Positions 40,236-50,648 of a stretch of 64,000 bases of DNA are shown piece by piece (position 1 is the first letter of the stretch; each line of letters starts with the position of its first letter). A model generated the notes under the pieces. That model did not search any database. It worked only from the letters and a program-made list of their open reading frames with translations, and was not told the origin of the DNA. Position numbers and translations under genes: made by a program. The DNA is from Flavobacteriales bacterium. Lineage in GTDB: Bacteria > Bacteroidota > Bacteroidia > Palsa-965. The DNA is taken from the NCBI GenBank assembly GCA_040377305.1, contig JBEIPA010000008.1, forward strand, positions 139,685 through 203,684. Reading direction: 5' to 3'.

Positions 40236-41120
40236 TTACCAACGCGATTTTGCTTTCTGCACGTCAAATATTTCTTTCACCTGCTTCTTTATCTTGTCCG
40301 CAATTTCGTCTGTCGGTAAGTCATTCGCGTCATGTCCAAACGGATCTTCAATTTCCTCTGCAAGTAACTCAAGACTGGCGAATGCGTAGAAAATAAATCC
40401 TACGATCAGGACTGTCCAATAGCCATAAGTCGTAGAGATACCGAACGGAATAGTTATGGTATAGAAAAAAACGATTTTCTTAATGAACATACTGTATGAG
40501 AATGGAATCGGGGTTGAGTGAATTCGTTCACAGGCTCCCATATTCTCAGCGAAAGAACGGAGTTCATCATTGAGCATAAGCATCTCTACATCTGTAATGA
40601 CACCGCGATCCTTCAACATGTGTACTTCACTAATAAGATCAGCCAACAACACGTTCGGCACATGTGACGCATTCTTGTAACGATCCATCTGCACGCCGGG
40701 AATTTCTATCCAACCTTCGGTGGACATTTCCTTTCTTAAATGATCCTTACACGCGTAGAAATAATTCGTAAGCAGTGCCCGAATTCTGAGCGCATCCTCT
40801 TTGGTTAAAAATGCCGCAATCTTCATGGAAAAGCTTCGGCTGTGATTCACAAATCCACCCCATAGCTTTCTTCCTTCCCACCAACGGTCATAAGCAGTGT
40901 TGGTTCTGAATACCAGCATCAGGGAAATCACAAATCCGATCAAGGAGTGAATCGCAATAGTTCCTTCAAAGGTCCAGCCAAAAACAGTTTTAATGAGATA
41001 CACAATTCCTGCAGTGTAGAGGGAAATTCCAATCATGATTGGAATGAGCATGCGGAACGTATCGCTCTTGTGGAAAGAGAGGATGAACTTGTAGCGGTCT
41101 TTAGGGTTGTAAGCGATCAT
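40236..41120 (-). CDS. Bestrophin family ion channel (YneE-like)
   Basis: 'LVFRTNTAYDRWWEGR..WG', 'CERI..TPIP', 'EIEDPFG.D.NDLP'. Confidence 0.93.
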   Translation of the reverse strand: MIAYNPKDRYKFILSFHKSDTFRMLIPIMIGISLYTAGIVYLIKTVFGWTFEGTIAIHSLIGFVISLMLVFRTNTAYDRWWEGRKLWGGFVNHSRSFSMKIAAFLTKEDALRIRALLTNYFYACKDHLRKEMSTEGWIEIPGVQMDRYKNASHVPNVLLADLISEVHMLKDRGVITDVEMLMLNDELRSFAENMGACERIHSTPIPFSYSMFIKKIVFFYTITIPFGISTTYGYWTVLIVGFIFYAFASLELLAEEIEDPFGHDANDLPTDEIADKIKKQVKEIFDVQKAKSRW

Positions 41121-41163
41121 GGTTGCGAATATAACTGATTACATCATTTCGTAAATTCGAAAC

Positions 41164-41535
41164 ATGAGTGAAAATCACCGCATAGACAAATGGCTTTGGT
41201 CGGTACGCCTCTTCAAAACACGCTCCGAAGCAGCGGAAGCGTGTCGCGGAGGCAAAATCAAGTTGAACGGTGATGCTGTCAAAGCGGCAAAAGAACTGAA
41301 ACCAAATGACCTGATTTCCTTCCGAAGTGGCACGATCCAGCGTACAATACGGGTCGTGGATTTTCCTAAATCGCGGCTGGGAGCGAAACTCGTGGCAGGT
41401 TATTTTGAAGACCTAACGCCTCCCGAAGAGTATGAGCGACAAAAGCTTGAAAAAGAGTATGAACGCCCGTTTTTTTACACCGGAAAAGGACGCCCTACGA
41501 AGCGGGACCGAAGAAAACTTGACGGTATGACTTGA
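41164..41535 (+). CDS. hslR: Ribosome-associated heat shock protein Hsp15 (S4 domain)
   Basis: 'RIDKWLW.VR.FKTRS', 'GRPTKRDRR'. Confidence 0.92.
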   Translation: MSENHRIDKWLWSVRLFKTRSEAAEACRGGKIKLNGDAVKAAKELKPNDLISFRSGTIQRTIRVVDFPKSRLGAKLVAGYFEDLTPPEEYERQKLEKEYERPFFYTGKGRPTKRDRRKLDGMT

Positions 41536-41576
41536 TTCGAAATTAGAAGATTCGAATTGCTAACTTCGCTAGCGAA

Positions 41577-41849
41577 ATGGCAGAAATTAATTACGACGAT
41601 CTACGCGCCAAGCTAAACGCAGGAGGTTCCTGGCCCCAGCTTTACATGTTCAAGTTCATTGTTCCATCCGACAATCAGAAAATTGCGCTGGTGGAAAGAC
41701 TGTTTAACGACGAGGCGGAAATCAAACTGCAACCGAGTTCGAAGGGTACATACACGTCTTTGACCGTTCGTGTAGTAATGCTGGACGCCGAGGCCATTAT
41801 CACCGTATACAAACAGGCGTCTGAAATTGAAGGAATCATCTCTCTATAA
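41577..41849 (+). CDS. DUF493 family protein
   Basis: 'WP..YMFKFIVP', 'SSKG.YTS', 'IEGIISL'. Confidence 0.88.
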   Translation: MAEINYDDLRAKLNAGGSWPQLYMFKFIVPSDNQKIALVERLFNDEAEIKLQPSSKGTYTSLTVRVVMLDAEAIITVYKQASEIEGIISL

Positions 41850-41855
41850 ATCGAT

Positions 41856-44045
41856 ATGAAGAAGTACATCGCTGTATTGTTCACCGCATTGCTGTTTGTT
41901 ACTGTTAACGCGCAGAAAAATCTAACCCTGGATGAAGTGGTCATGAGCAGAGCACGACTCTCTCCTACCGGCTTGCTCAATCTGCAATGGATCGCGGGCA
42001 CCAATAGTTATTCGTGGATTCGCACAATTGGCGTGGGTGAGGAACTATGTTCTTCCAGCGGCGATGGCAAGAAAATTAAGACGCTTGTTACACTCGTCGA
42101 ACTGAATGCTAAGGTGCAGCAGAAACAACTCACCGCTCTCGGGCCAGAGAAGTATTTTCCTGCTGTGCATTGGATTGACGCAAACAAGTTTTACTACGAC
42201 GCACAGGATTATCGTGTAACGTTCGATCTGAAATCGAGAACGGCTACTGCTACTAAGCGTGAGCTGTTCCCAGGTGGCGCAGAGAATCACGACCAATCCG
42301 ATGTTTCGGGTTACACCGCATTCACGACCAACAACAATTTGTTTGTGATGATGGATGGTCAGCAAAAACAAGTTACGAATGATCTGAATCCGGGAATTGT
42401 AAACGGAAAATCGTACCACCGTGAAGAGTTCGGAATCTACAAAGGAACTTTCTGGTCGCCTTCCGGAAAATCATTGGCTTTTGCACGCATGGATGAAACG
42501 ATGGTGACCGAATATCCCATCATGGAAATCGGTTCTATTCCTGCAACGGCACGAATGATTCGCTATCCGATGGCCGGACAAAAAAGTCACCAGGCTACGA
42601 TTGGAGTTTACAACACCGTAACGGGTAAAACTGTATTCCTTCAAACAGGAGAACCCGTTGAACAGTATCTCACAAACATTGCGTGGAGTCCCGACAACAA
42701 ATGGATTTACATTTCAGTTGTCAACCGCGGACAAGATCATTTGTGGCTGAATCGTTACAATGCAGAGACCGGTGCATTCGACAAAACTCTTTTTGAAGAA
42801 ACGGATAAAGAGTGGGTGCAGCCGATGTACACCTTGAAATTTGTCCCTGGGCATGATGATCAGTTTGTGTGGAATTCGGAACGTGAGGGGTACAATGCAT
42901 TGTACTTGTACAAAACCGATGGGACATTGTTACGACAACTAACACCAACCTATCCTAAACCTTCTGAGGGACAAGCCTTCATTGTTACCGAAGTCTATGG
43001 TTTTGATCCAAAGGGTAACACTTGTTTTTTTCAATGTGCTCCTGAGGGCTCCATCAATCGTATAATTTGCAGGGTTGATTTGGCACAAGGAATTCCATCC
43101 TTCAAACAATTGCCGACATTGGGCGGAACCGCGTCGGCGAAATTTTCCAAAGACTTTTCTCAATTCATTTGCGACTTCAGCAACCTGACAACGCCTAAAA
43201 CAATTTCGGTAGTCAAAAGTACAGGTGATCTTCTCGGAACGATTCACACAGCACCCGACCCGTTGGCGGCGTACACAAAGTGCAATGTGAAGTTGTTCAC
43301 GATCATGGCAGCTGACGGAAAAACACCGCTCTGGTGCCGCCAAATTACACCAGCAAACTTCGACTCCACGAAAAAATATCCTTCACTCACGTATGTGTAC
43401 AACGGACCCAACGTGCAGACTGTTGTGAACACGTGGATGGCAGGGAACGATTTGTTCCTCTACTACATGGCGCAGCAAGGATATGTTGTTTTCACTGTGG
43501 ATGGTCGTGGTTCAGACAATCGCGGAACTGAATTCGAACAAGCGATTCACCGTCATCTGGGTACTAATGAACTCGCTGATCAGAAAAAAGGAAGCGATTA
43601 CCTCAAGTCGAAATCGTGGATCGATGGAAATCGCATGGCGGTGTACGGCTGGAGCTACGGTGGCTTTATGACAACGTCAATGCTTACACGTAGTGATGTG
43701 TATCGTTGCGGAGTTGCGGGCGGAGCAGTAATCGACTGGCAGTATTATGAAATCATGTACACAGAACGTTACATGGATACTCCTCAGGAAAATCCGGAAG
43801 GATACAAAGAAGCGAACACGCTGAACTACGTCCAGAATCTGAAAGGAAAACTGCTGGAAATTCACGGAACTTCAGACGATGTTGTTGTGTGGCAACACAC
43901 GCTTGCTTACACGCAGCAGGCGATCAGCAAAGGTGTGCAAACAGATTACTACATGTATCCTGGACATCTGCACGGTGTGCGTGGTAAAGACCGCATTCAC
44001 CTGTTGACGAAGATTTCGAACTACGTGATTGAGAACACGAAATAA
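41856..44045 (+). CDS. Dipeptidyl peptidase IV-like S9B peptidase
   Basis: DPP-IV N-terminal propeller, GWSYGG nucleophile motif, 'YTERYM..P', 'HG.SDDVV', catalytic His. Confidence 0.93.
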   Translation: MKKYIAVLFTALLFVTVNAQKNLTLDEVVMSRARLSPTGLLNLQWIAGTNSYSWIRTIGVGEELCSSSGDGKKIKTLVTLVELNAKVQQKQLTALGPEKYFPAVHWIDANKFYYDAQDYRVTFDLKSRTATATKRELFPGGAENHDQSDVSGYTAFTTNNNLFVMMDGQQKQVTNDLNPGIVNGKSYHREEFGIYKGTFWSPSGKSLAFARMDETMVTEYPIMEIGSIPATARMIRYPMAGQKSHQATIGVYNTVTGKTVFLQTGEPVEQYLTNIAWSPDNKWIYISVVNRGQDHLWLNRYNAETGAFDKTLFEETDKEWVQPMYTLKFVPGHDDQFVWNSEREGYNALYLYKTDGTLLRQLTPTYPKPSEGQAFIVTEVYGFDPKGNTCFFQCAPEGSINRIICRVDLAQGIPSFKQLPTLGGTASAKFSKDFSQFICDFSNLTTPKTISVVKSTGDLLGTIHTAPDPLAAYTKCNVKLFTIMAADGKTPLWCRQITPANFDSTKKYPSLTYVYNGPNVQTVVNTWMAGNDLFLYYMAQQGYVVFTVDGRGSDNRGTEFEQAIHRHLGTNELADQKKGSDYLKSKSWIDGNRMAVYGWSYGGFMTTSMLTRSDVYRCGVAGGAVIDWQYYEIMYTERYMDTPQENPEGYKEANTLNYVQNLKGKLLEIHGTSDDVVVWQHTLAYTQQAISKGVQTDYYMYPGHLHGVRGKDRIHLLTKISNYVIENTK

Positions 44046-44048
44046 TTC

Positions 44049-44212
44049 ACCACTTAGGATCATAGTTTGCCTTAGGTGTTAAGGCGCTACGCGATCATAG
44101 AACACACGAGGATCGAAATCGCAGGCGATTTCTCTCCTGTGAACTATGACGGACCGGCTTGCCCGGCTCGCTTCGCAAACAAATAAATAAATTTTCTATG
44201 ACCCTATGTGGT
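44049..44212. mobile_element. Nested inverted-repeat element E4, halves Z+X
   Basis: ACCACTTAGGATCATAG...CATAGAACACACGAG...CTCCTGTGAACTATG...CTATGACCCTATGTGGT. Confidence 0.88.
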
Positions 44213-44216
44213 AAAA

Positions 44217-44423
44217 CTACGTCAGAAGAATTTCCTGATCGCCGACTTTAACTTTCATGCCCGGTCTAAGCTTCGCGCGCTTCCTCAATTCAATTACACC
44301 ATCAACCATTACTTCACCTTGTGTGACGAGAATTCCTGCTATGCCACCTGTGTCGGCGATGCCGCTTACTTTCAGCAATGCGATTAGCTCGATGTATTCT
44401 CCTTTAATTTTGAAATCTTCCAT
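44217..44423 (-). CDS. S4-domain RNA-binding protein (YbcJ/YaaA-like)
   Basis: 'EYIEL..LLK..G...TGG.A......G.V.VDG..E.RKRAKL'. Confidence 0.88.
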   Translation of the reverse strand: MEDFKIKGEYIELIALLKVSGIADTGGIAGILVTQGEVMVDGVIELRKRAKLRPGMKVKVGDQEILLT

Positions 44424-44463
44424 TTTCTGTGTGTTATTCGAGGTATCGGGAGAAGGCTGACAA

Positions 44464-45567
44464 TCAGATGAGCTGATACCACTTATTATCATTCAGTGAG
44501 CGATACAATCTTCCCTTGCGCATTTTGAACCGGTAACCGAAGTTGAAATCAATTGAATGATAGCGCGGTTCAATTCGCATTCCGGTATTTACGTAAGAGT
44601 TGTAATCTACGCGATAAGTCAGTGAGAAAAACATTCGCTTTCCGTTCAAACCCATCGCTGCACGAAAATCTGCTGCTGCTCCTACACGCCACTTTTTCGA
44701 AGAGAATGAATTATCGAATGTTGTAATGTTGCGATGCTGGAAATCAAATCCACTGGTCAATGTGAGGTTGAGATAAAGCGTTTTGAAAATTACAAGATTA
44801 AATGAATAACCAGGTCCGATAGAAATTCCCTGCACGCGATACTGGTTCATCATACCATACATTCCGTAAAAGGGTCGGGATGCCACCGGAATCATCGACG
44901 TATCGGATGTGAAATTGTAATCGTAGATATTGCTCACTGCAAGTAATGATCCTGCTGACTTCAATTGGCGTTGCGTATTAAAGTATGCCGAGCTGTATGA
45001 GAACTTCCGCTTATTGAACACGAAAAGTGTTTTCACGCGAATGGAACGCACCGTCATGGAAGGATTCTGAAAATAGACACCATCGTGCTGGAAGGTTGTA
45101 TCATACACAGGTGTCTTCACATCATAAAAGCCATTGTACTTGCGATACGACGATTCAAATCGAAAGCGATAGAAAGTAAACGACAGACTATACGAGCTGT
45201 ACTTTGTTTTTCCTCTGCGCGCAATGATTGTATCTGTTGGAGGAACAGAACGTAATCCGAAACAGAATGAAATTTTATCGAAGTCGATGGAGATTCCGGT
45301 AACTGCATTGCCATCCGCAATCATTTTCGGTGCACCAATTCCTGCTGTATCAGACATCAAGGTTTGACTGAAACGCACATCATACTGACGATATGACTGT
45401 GAAAGCGTTACAATAAACCGATCGGGATACTTCTTGACAAAGTTCGTATCCACTGTGTTGTGGTAACGACGGAGTGAATCGCGCCCGGACCTATCGGGAC
45501 CTGTTCCACCAGCGTTAAGTTCTAGTCCTACAATCAGCAGCAGGACAAATATTGGACAAGATTTCAT
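44464..45567 (-). CDS. DUF4421-like outer-membrane protein
   Basis: Signal peptide, 'FN..KFSY..A.....RQLKSAGS', 'GPGYS.N.V', 'FGYRF'. Confidence 0.8.
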   Translation of the reverse strand: MKSCPIFVLLLIVGLELNAGGTGPDRSGRDSLRRYHNTVDTNFVKKYPDRFIVTLSQSYRQYDVRFSQTLMSDTAGIGAPKMIADGNAVTGISIDFDKISFCFGLRSVPPTDTIIARRGKTKYSSYSLSFTFYRFRFESSYRKYNGFYDVKTPVYDTTFQHDGVYFQNPSMTVRSIRVKTLFVFNKRKFSYSSAYFNTQRQLKSAGSLLAVSNIYDYNFTSDTSMIPVASRPFYGMYGMMNQYRVQGISIGPGYSFNLVIFKTLYLNLTLTSGFDFQHRNITTFDNSFSSKKWRVGAAADFRAAMGLNGKRMFFSLTYRVDYNSYVNTGMRIEPRYHSIDFNFGYRFKMRKGRLYRSLNDNKWYQLI

Positions 45568-45646
45568 GGGATCACCGCGAAACTAAATTATTTAAGTCAT
45601 TCCTGAAAATGGCAATCCGAACTAACCATTTAGTGACGTAAATCAT

Positions 45647-45660
45647 TCTACATATGTAGA
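45647..45660. promoter_or_regulatory. 14-bp perfect palindrome TCTACATATGTAGA, candidate operator
   Basis: Lies in a divergent intergenic region, just upstream of a TACATTCG -7-like element. Confidence 0.45.
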
Positions 45661-45861
45661 CAAATAGCCATACATTCGCAACTTGAATAGGAATAACCCC
45701 GAATTAATAACGTTCATATCTCACTGATTTTTGTGTATTCCTTAAAGACCTTCGGGATTTAGCGGACAGGCACAATATTTCGAATAGTACCTATTGGGCA
45801 ATCTCAGATGCTCGGATAAACGTAGTTACAATACACAGATCCACAAATTAACACAACACAC

Positions 45862-48138
45862 ATGAAAAACACTTTACGCAATAGTCAGAGAGTGCCCCGA
45901 CTATTTGCACTATTACTTGGTTCATTCATAATGAGCCAGGTGTGGGGTCAAACACTTGTGCAATACGATGCATCTGCATTGCCTAATGCCGCAAATACGA
46001 ACATTCCTGTTTTTTCCAATAATTCCAATGTAACAGCTACCACAGTTACACGTGGTGCCGGATTATCAGCAGCGGTATCCTCGGGCTCCCTTTCCTCTAC
46101 CGGATGGCCTGTTGCTGCTACCGCTCCTGCAGGCAGTGACTACTACACGTTTACGATAAACGCGAATAGTGGATTTGTCCTTGATGTGCGCGGAACGGTG
46201 CTCAGTTTTGGGACACAGCGTACAACTAATGCCGGGGTAACAAAGGTGTATGTGTACACGAGTGCCGACGGATTTACTGCGCCGTTGAGTACAACTACAC
46301 TTAACACAACAAACGTGTTCAATGTCACGTGTACATTGCCGAACACAGGTGTATACAATAACCTGTTTAACCTTGAGGTGCGTATATATGGAGATGCTGC
46401 AACCAATGGTGCAATTCCGTTGCTGCTTCGCGATCCATCTGCAGGCCCAACGAATATTCAACTTAGCGGTGGCGCTGTAGTGAACTGTATTCCACAGTTG
46501 ACCTTCATTTCCAGCCAACCTCCTATTTGCGATGGAGACGACATCAATCTGACCGCAACTTTCACTTCTCCTATTACGCCAACTTATAGCTGGGTTGGAC
46601 CTAGTGCATTCTCATCAGGAATTCAGAGTCCAAGTATTTCAGGTGCAACGGGTGCTAATGGCGGTACGTATACCGTAACGGCTACTTCTGCTGGTTGTGG
46701 CTCTGCAAATGCTACAACTACTTATAACGTTTCTGATATTCAATCTACGATCAACAGTACACTTGAAACTTGTCCGGGTACCTGCGACGGAGCGAGCATT
46801 GTAAATCCAGGCGGTGGTATCGGACAGTATACATTTTCGTGGTCACCATCTGGTGGTACTTCAGCCAGCGCAACAGGATTATGCAGCGGTCACTACACCG
46901 TTACAATTACTGATGGCATTGGTTGTACTGCAACAAATTCAACGGCGATTTCAGCTAACGATTGCAGTAACTCGACACAACTCAACAGTGTGTGGTGCGA
47001 GGCTACAAATTGCAACCTCTCACAAACAATTGCTTGTGTTGCTGTACCAGGTGCAACGAATTACGAATATCGTTTCACCAATAACGCGCTTGGTTACAGC
47101 TACAGCCGCGTAAAAGGTAACGGAATGAATAGCATTCCTTTGTCGTGGATCCTGGGCTTGCAATATGGATATACTTACCAGGTTCAGGTTCGTCCATATG
47201 TAAACAATATGTGGCAGAACTATGGTCCGGTTTGTAACCTGAGCATGGCTGCAACTGTACCTAATACACAGTTAAACGGAACGAGTTGCGGTGCAACAAA
47301 TCATACGCTATCCAGCGCATTATATGTTGTTCCTGTTGGAGGTGCTGCTAACTACGAATACCGAATCAGCAACGGCACGCAACCGTATAATTATACACGG
47401 CAGCGCGGTGCTTCGACTACATCCATTCCGCTTTCATGGTTTCCAGGACTACAGTATGGCCAAACTTACGACGTAGAAGTGCGCGCGCTAGTTGGTGGCG
47501 ACTGGGGCACATTCGGGCCTGTCTGCACATTCTCCATGCAAGCGAATCCACCTTCACCAACCGTTACAACTTGCGGTGGACCATTTGCACTCACGCAGCC
47601 ATTGTATTGCACAGCGGTTGTTGGTGCTCAGGATTATGAATGGAAATTCGTAGGTGCGCAAACGTATACCCGTACTCGTGGCAATAATTCAACCAGCTTC
47701 TACGTGAGTTCAATCGCAGGCTTCGTTCCAGGCACCTATATGGTTTCTGTACGTGCTAAAGTTGGCGGTGTCTGGTCGAACGTGTACGGATCCGAGTGCT
47801 CAGTTACTTTCAGCAGCCCTGCGCGTATGCAGAATCCTGAAGCAACCAATCCGGATGCAACCACCATCGAAACGGTTCCTATGTCGTTGTTAATTTATCC
47901 GAATCCGGTAGGCCAAGGAATTACTCCAACAATAAACTTGCAAGGAGCAGACGGACAAGTTGCAACGATAACCGTTGTGGATCTTTCAGGTCGCCTTGTA
48001 ACAAGCTATCAGGTAACTGTAGCGGGCAATGACTTCAACACACCATTGGTAAACTGTGAAGGCATCCCGTCAGGAATGTATTTCATGACAGTAATCATTG
48101 GCGAAGAAGCTTTGAATTCCAGATTTATCCAGGATTAA
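45862..48138 (+). CDS. T9SS type A cargo protein (SprB-like and three Fn3-like repeats)
   Basis: Signal peptide, SprB-like module, three 'V.GA..YE...Y.V.VR..V.G.W' repeats, CTD 'IYPNP..SGMYF'. Confidence 0.85.
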   Translation: MKNTLRNSQRVPRLFALLLGSFIMSQVWGQTLVQYDASALPNAANTNIPVFSNNSNVTATTVTRGAGLSAAVSSGSLSSTGWPVAATAPAGSDYYTFTINANSGFVLDVRGTVLSFGTQRTTNAGVTKVYVYTSADGFTAPLSTTTLNTTNVFNVTCTLPNTGVYNNLFNLEVRIYGDAATNGAIPLLLRDPSAGPTNIQLSGGAVVNCIPQLTFISSQPPICDGDDINLTATFTSPITPTYSWVGPSAFSSGIQSPSISGATGANGGTYTVTATSAGCGSANATTTYNVSDIQSTINSTLETCPGTCDGASIVNPGGGIGQYTFSWSPSGGTSASATGLCSGHYTVTITDGIGCTATNSTAISANDCSNSTQLNSVWCEATNCNLSQTIACVAVPGATNYEYRFTNNALGYSYSRVKGNGMNSIPLSWILGLQYGYTYQVQVRPYVNNMWQNYGPVCNLSMAATVPNTQLNGTSCGATNHTLSSALYVVPVGGAANYEYRISNGTQPYNYTRQRGASTTSIPLSWFPGLQYGQTYDVEVRALVGGDWGTFGPVCTFSMQANPPSPTVTTCGGPFALTQPLYCTAVVGAQDYEWKFVGAQTYTRTRGNNSTSFYVSSIAGFVPGTYMVSVRAKVGGVWSNVYGSECSVTFSSPARMQNPEATNPDATTIETVPMSLLIYPNPVGQGITPTINLQGADGQVATITVVDLSGRLVTSYQVTVAGNDFNTPLVNCEGIPSGMYFMTVIIGEEALNSRFIQD

Positions 48139-48158
48139 GCTTCCGGAAAAAATGAATT

Positions 48159-48192
48159 AAAAAAGGGATGCAGAAATTGCATCCCTTTTTTG
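48159..48192. terminator. Bidirectional intrinsic terminator
   Basis: AAAAAAGGGATGCA-GAAAT-TGCATCCCTTTTTT between convergent genes. Confidence 0.88.
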
Positions 48193-48209
48193 TTGAACAA
48201 AACTTAAGA

Positions 48210-50477
48210 CTATGCCTTTACGTTTGCGCGAATGATATTCAACGCACCGCCTGCTTTGAACCATTCAATCTGCTGCGCATTGTACGTGTGATTCACTTTG
48301 ATCGAATCAGAAGTTCCGTCTGCGTGATTGAGCACAACTGTAAGTGCAGTGTTTGGTGTAAATGAAGTCAACCCGATGATGTCGATAGAATCGTTCTCCT
48401 GAATCTTATCGTAATCCGCTTTGTCGTTGAACGTAAGCGCGAGCATTCCTTGCTTCTTCAGGTTTGTTTCGTGAATACGTGCGAACGACTTAACAAGCAC
48501 CGCACGAACTCCAAGGTGACGTGGTTCCATCGCTGCGTGTTCGCGTGAAGAGCCTTCACCATAGTTTTCATCTCCAACTACGATTGAACCGATCTTATTC
48601 GCTTTGTACGCACGCTGAACTTTCGGAACACCTTCGTAAGTACCGGTAAGCTGGTTCTTCACGTTGTCTGTTTTCTCGTTGAAGAAATTCACAGCACCAA
48701 TCAACATATTGTTTGAAATGTTGTCGAGGTGACCGCGATATTTCAGCCACGGACCTGCCATTGAAATGTGATCGGTTGTACACTTACCTTTTGCTTTGAT
48801 GAGAAGCTTCAATCCTTTCAGATCAATTCCTTCCCATGGAGCGAATGGATCAAGAAGCTGAAGACGATCTGAAGTTGGTGATACAGCTACTTCAACATTG
48901 CTGCCATCTGCAGCGGGTGCCTGATAACCTGCATCTTCCACTGCGAATCCGCGCGTTGGTAATTCGTCACCAGATGGTTCGTCGAGTTTTACTTTCTCCC
49001 CTTTTTCATTCACGAGATAATCTGTGATCGGATTGAAAGTAAGATCGCCGGCAATTGCAAGTGCTGTTACCAATTCAGGTGACGCAACAAATGCGAACGT
49101 GTTTGGATTTCCATCAGCGCGTTTTGCGAAGTTGCGGTTGAATGAGTGAACAATCGTGTTTTTTTCTTGCTTCTCTGCTCCCACACGATCCCACATTCCG
49201 ATGCAAGGACCGCACGCATTCGTAAATACTTTTGCGCCGATCTCATCAAATATTTTCAGGAATCCATCGCGATTGATTGTGAAGCGGATTGTTTCTGATC
49301 CCGGGTTTATGCAGTATTCTGCTTTTGCTTTCAGTCCTTTTGCAGAAACCTGCTTCGCGATTGAAACCGCGCGTGATATATCTTCATACGAAGAGTTGGT
49401 GCAGGAACCGATCAGACCAACTTCTACTTTCGTTGGCCAGCCGTTTGCAGCAGCAACTTCTTTCATCTTGCTGATTGGTGTTGCCAGATCCGGAGTGAAT
49501 GGACCATTCAGGTGAGGCTCGAGATCAGAAAGATTGATTTCAATTACCTGATCGAAATATTTATTCGGAGATGCATATACTTCCGGATCAGCAGTAAGGT
49601 GAGCTTTCACGCCATTGGCAAGATCAGCCACTTCATTGCGTCCTGTTGCACGGAGGTAACGCTCCATCGATTCATCGTAACCGAATGTTGAAGTAGTTGC
49701 TCCGATTTCTGCACCCATGTTACAGATCGTTCCTTTACCTGTGCAGCTCAATGCGATTGCACCTTCACCGAAGTATTCTACGATTGCTCCAGTTCCACCT
49801 TTCACAGTGAGAATGCCAGCCACTTTCAGGATGACATCTTTCGGTGCTGTCCAGCCGCTTAGTTTTCCGGTAAGCTTTACGCCAATGAGTTTCGGAAACT
49901 TAAGCTCCCAGGGAAGTCCAGCCATTACGTCGCATGCATCAGCACCGCCAACACCAATAGCAACCATGCCGAGACCGCCTGCATTTACCGTATGAGAATC
50001 TGTACCGATCATCATGCCACCCGGGAACGCATAGTTTTCGAGAACAACCTGGTGAATAATTCCAGCACCTGGTTTCCAGAATCCGATGCCGTATTTGTTG
50101 GAAACAGAAGCGAGAAAGTCGAATACTTCACGGCTCTCTTTCGTTGCCACTGCTAAGTCCGGAGAAGCTCCGTCTTTCGCAGTAATCAGGTGATCGCAAT
50201 GTGCAGTAGAAGGAACAGCAACTTTCTTGCGTCCGGCCTGCATGAACTGCAGCAATGCCATTTGTGCTGTTGCATCCTGCATCGCCACGCGATCCGGATT
50301 AAAATCAACGTAATCTTTTCCGCGCTCGAATGGCTTTGCAGGCATAGCATCGACTAAGTGCGAGTAAAGAATTTTTTCTGTGAGTGTGAGCGGACGTCCA
50401 GCGAGTTTACGTGCAGCTTCAACTTTCGCGGGCAAAGCGCCGTAGACCCGCTTAATCATGTCAAGATCAAAAACCAT
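48210..50477 (-). CDS. acnA: Aconitate hydratase (mitochondrial-type)
   Basis: '[13 protein letters not shown]', 'GTDSHT', '[11 protein letters not shown]', 'NACGPCIG', '[11 protein letters not shown]'. Confidence 0.95.
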   Translation of the reverse strand: MVFDLDMIKRVYGALPAKVEAARKLAGRPLTLTEKILYSHLVDAMPAKPFERGKDYVDFNPDRVAMQDATAQMALLQFMQAGRKKVAVPSTAHCDHLITAKDGASPDLAVATKESREVFDFLASVSNKYGIGFWKPGAGIIHQVVLENYAFPGGMMIGTDSHTVNAGGLGMVAIGVGGADACDVMAGLPWELKFPKLIGVKLTGKLSGWTAPKDVILKVAGILTVKGGTGAIVEYFGEGAIALSCTGKGTICNMGAEIGATTSTFGYDESMERYLRATGRNEVADLANGVKAHLTADPEVYASPNKYFDQVIEINLSDLEPHLNGPFTPDLATPISKMKEVAAANGWPTKVEVGLIGSCTNSSYEDISRAVSIAKQVSAKGLKAKAEYCINPGSETIRFTINRDGFLKIFDEIGAKVFTNACGPCIGMWDRVGAEKQEKNTIVHSFNRNFAKRADGNPNTFAFVASPELVTALAIAGDLTFNPITDYLVNEKGEKVKLDEPSGDELPTRGFAVEDAGYQAPAADGSNVEVAVSPTSDRLQLLDPFAPWEGIDLKGLKLLIKAKGKCTTDHISMAGPWLKYRGHLDNISNNMLIGAVNFFNEKTDNVKNQLTGTYEGVPKVQRAYKANKIGSIVVGDENYGEGSSREHAAMEPRHLGVRAVLVKSFARIHETNLKKQGMLALTFNDKADYDKIQENDSIDIIGLTSFTPNTALTVVLNHADGTSDSIKVNHTYNAQQIEWFKAGGALNIIRANVKA

Positions 50478-50533
50478 TTTGAGAGGATATAGTGTAAGTG
50501 AGAAATCTCATTTGAGTGGTACAAATTTAACAA

Positions 50534-50630
50534 TTAGACGGGAGACGACAGACGGGAGACGGGAGAAAAAGACCGAGAACTCATGAACTTTTAAACTACT
50601 CCCGTCTGGCGTCTGATGCCTGTCGTCTAA
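50534..50630. repeat. 7-nt-period inverted doublet (AGACGGG / CCCGTCT)
   Basis: TTAGACG-GGAGACG-ACAGACG-GGAGACG ... CCCGTCT-GGCGTCT-..-GTCGTCTAA; a solo arm of the same family lies at 34471-34503. Confidence 0.8.
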
Positions 50631-50648
50631 ACCGTACCTTTGTACGGT

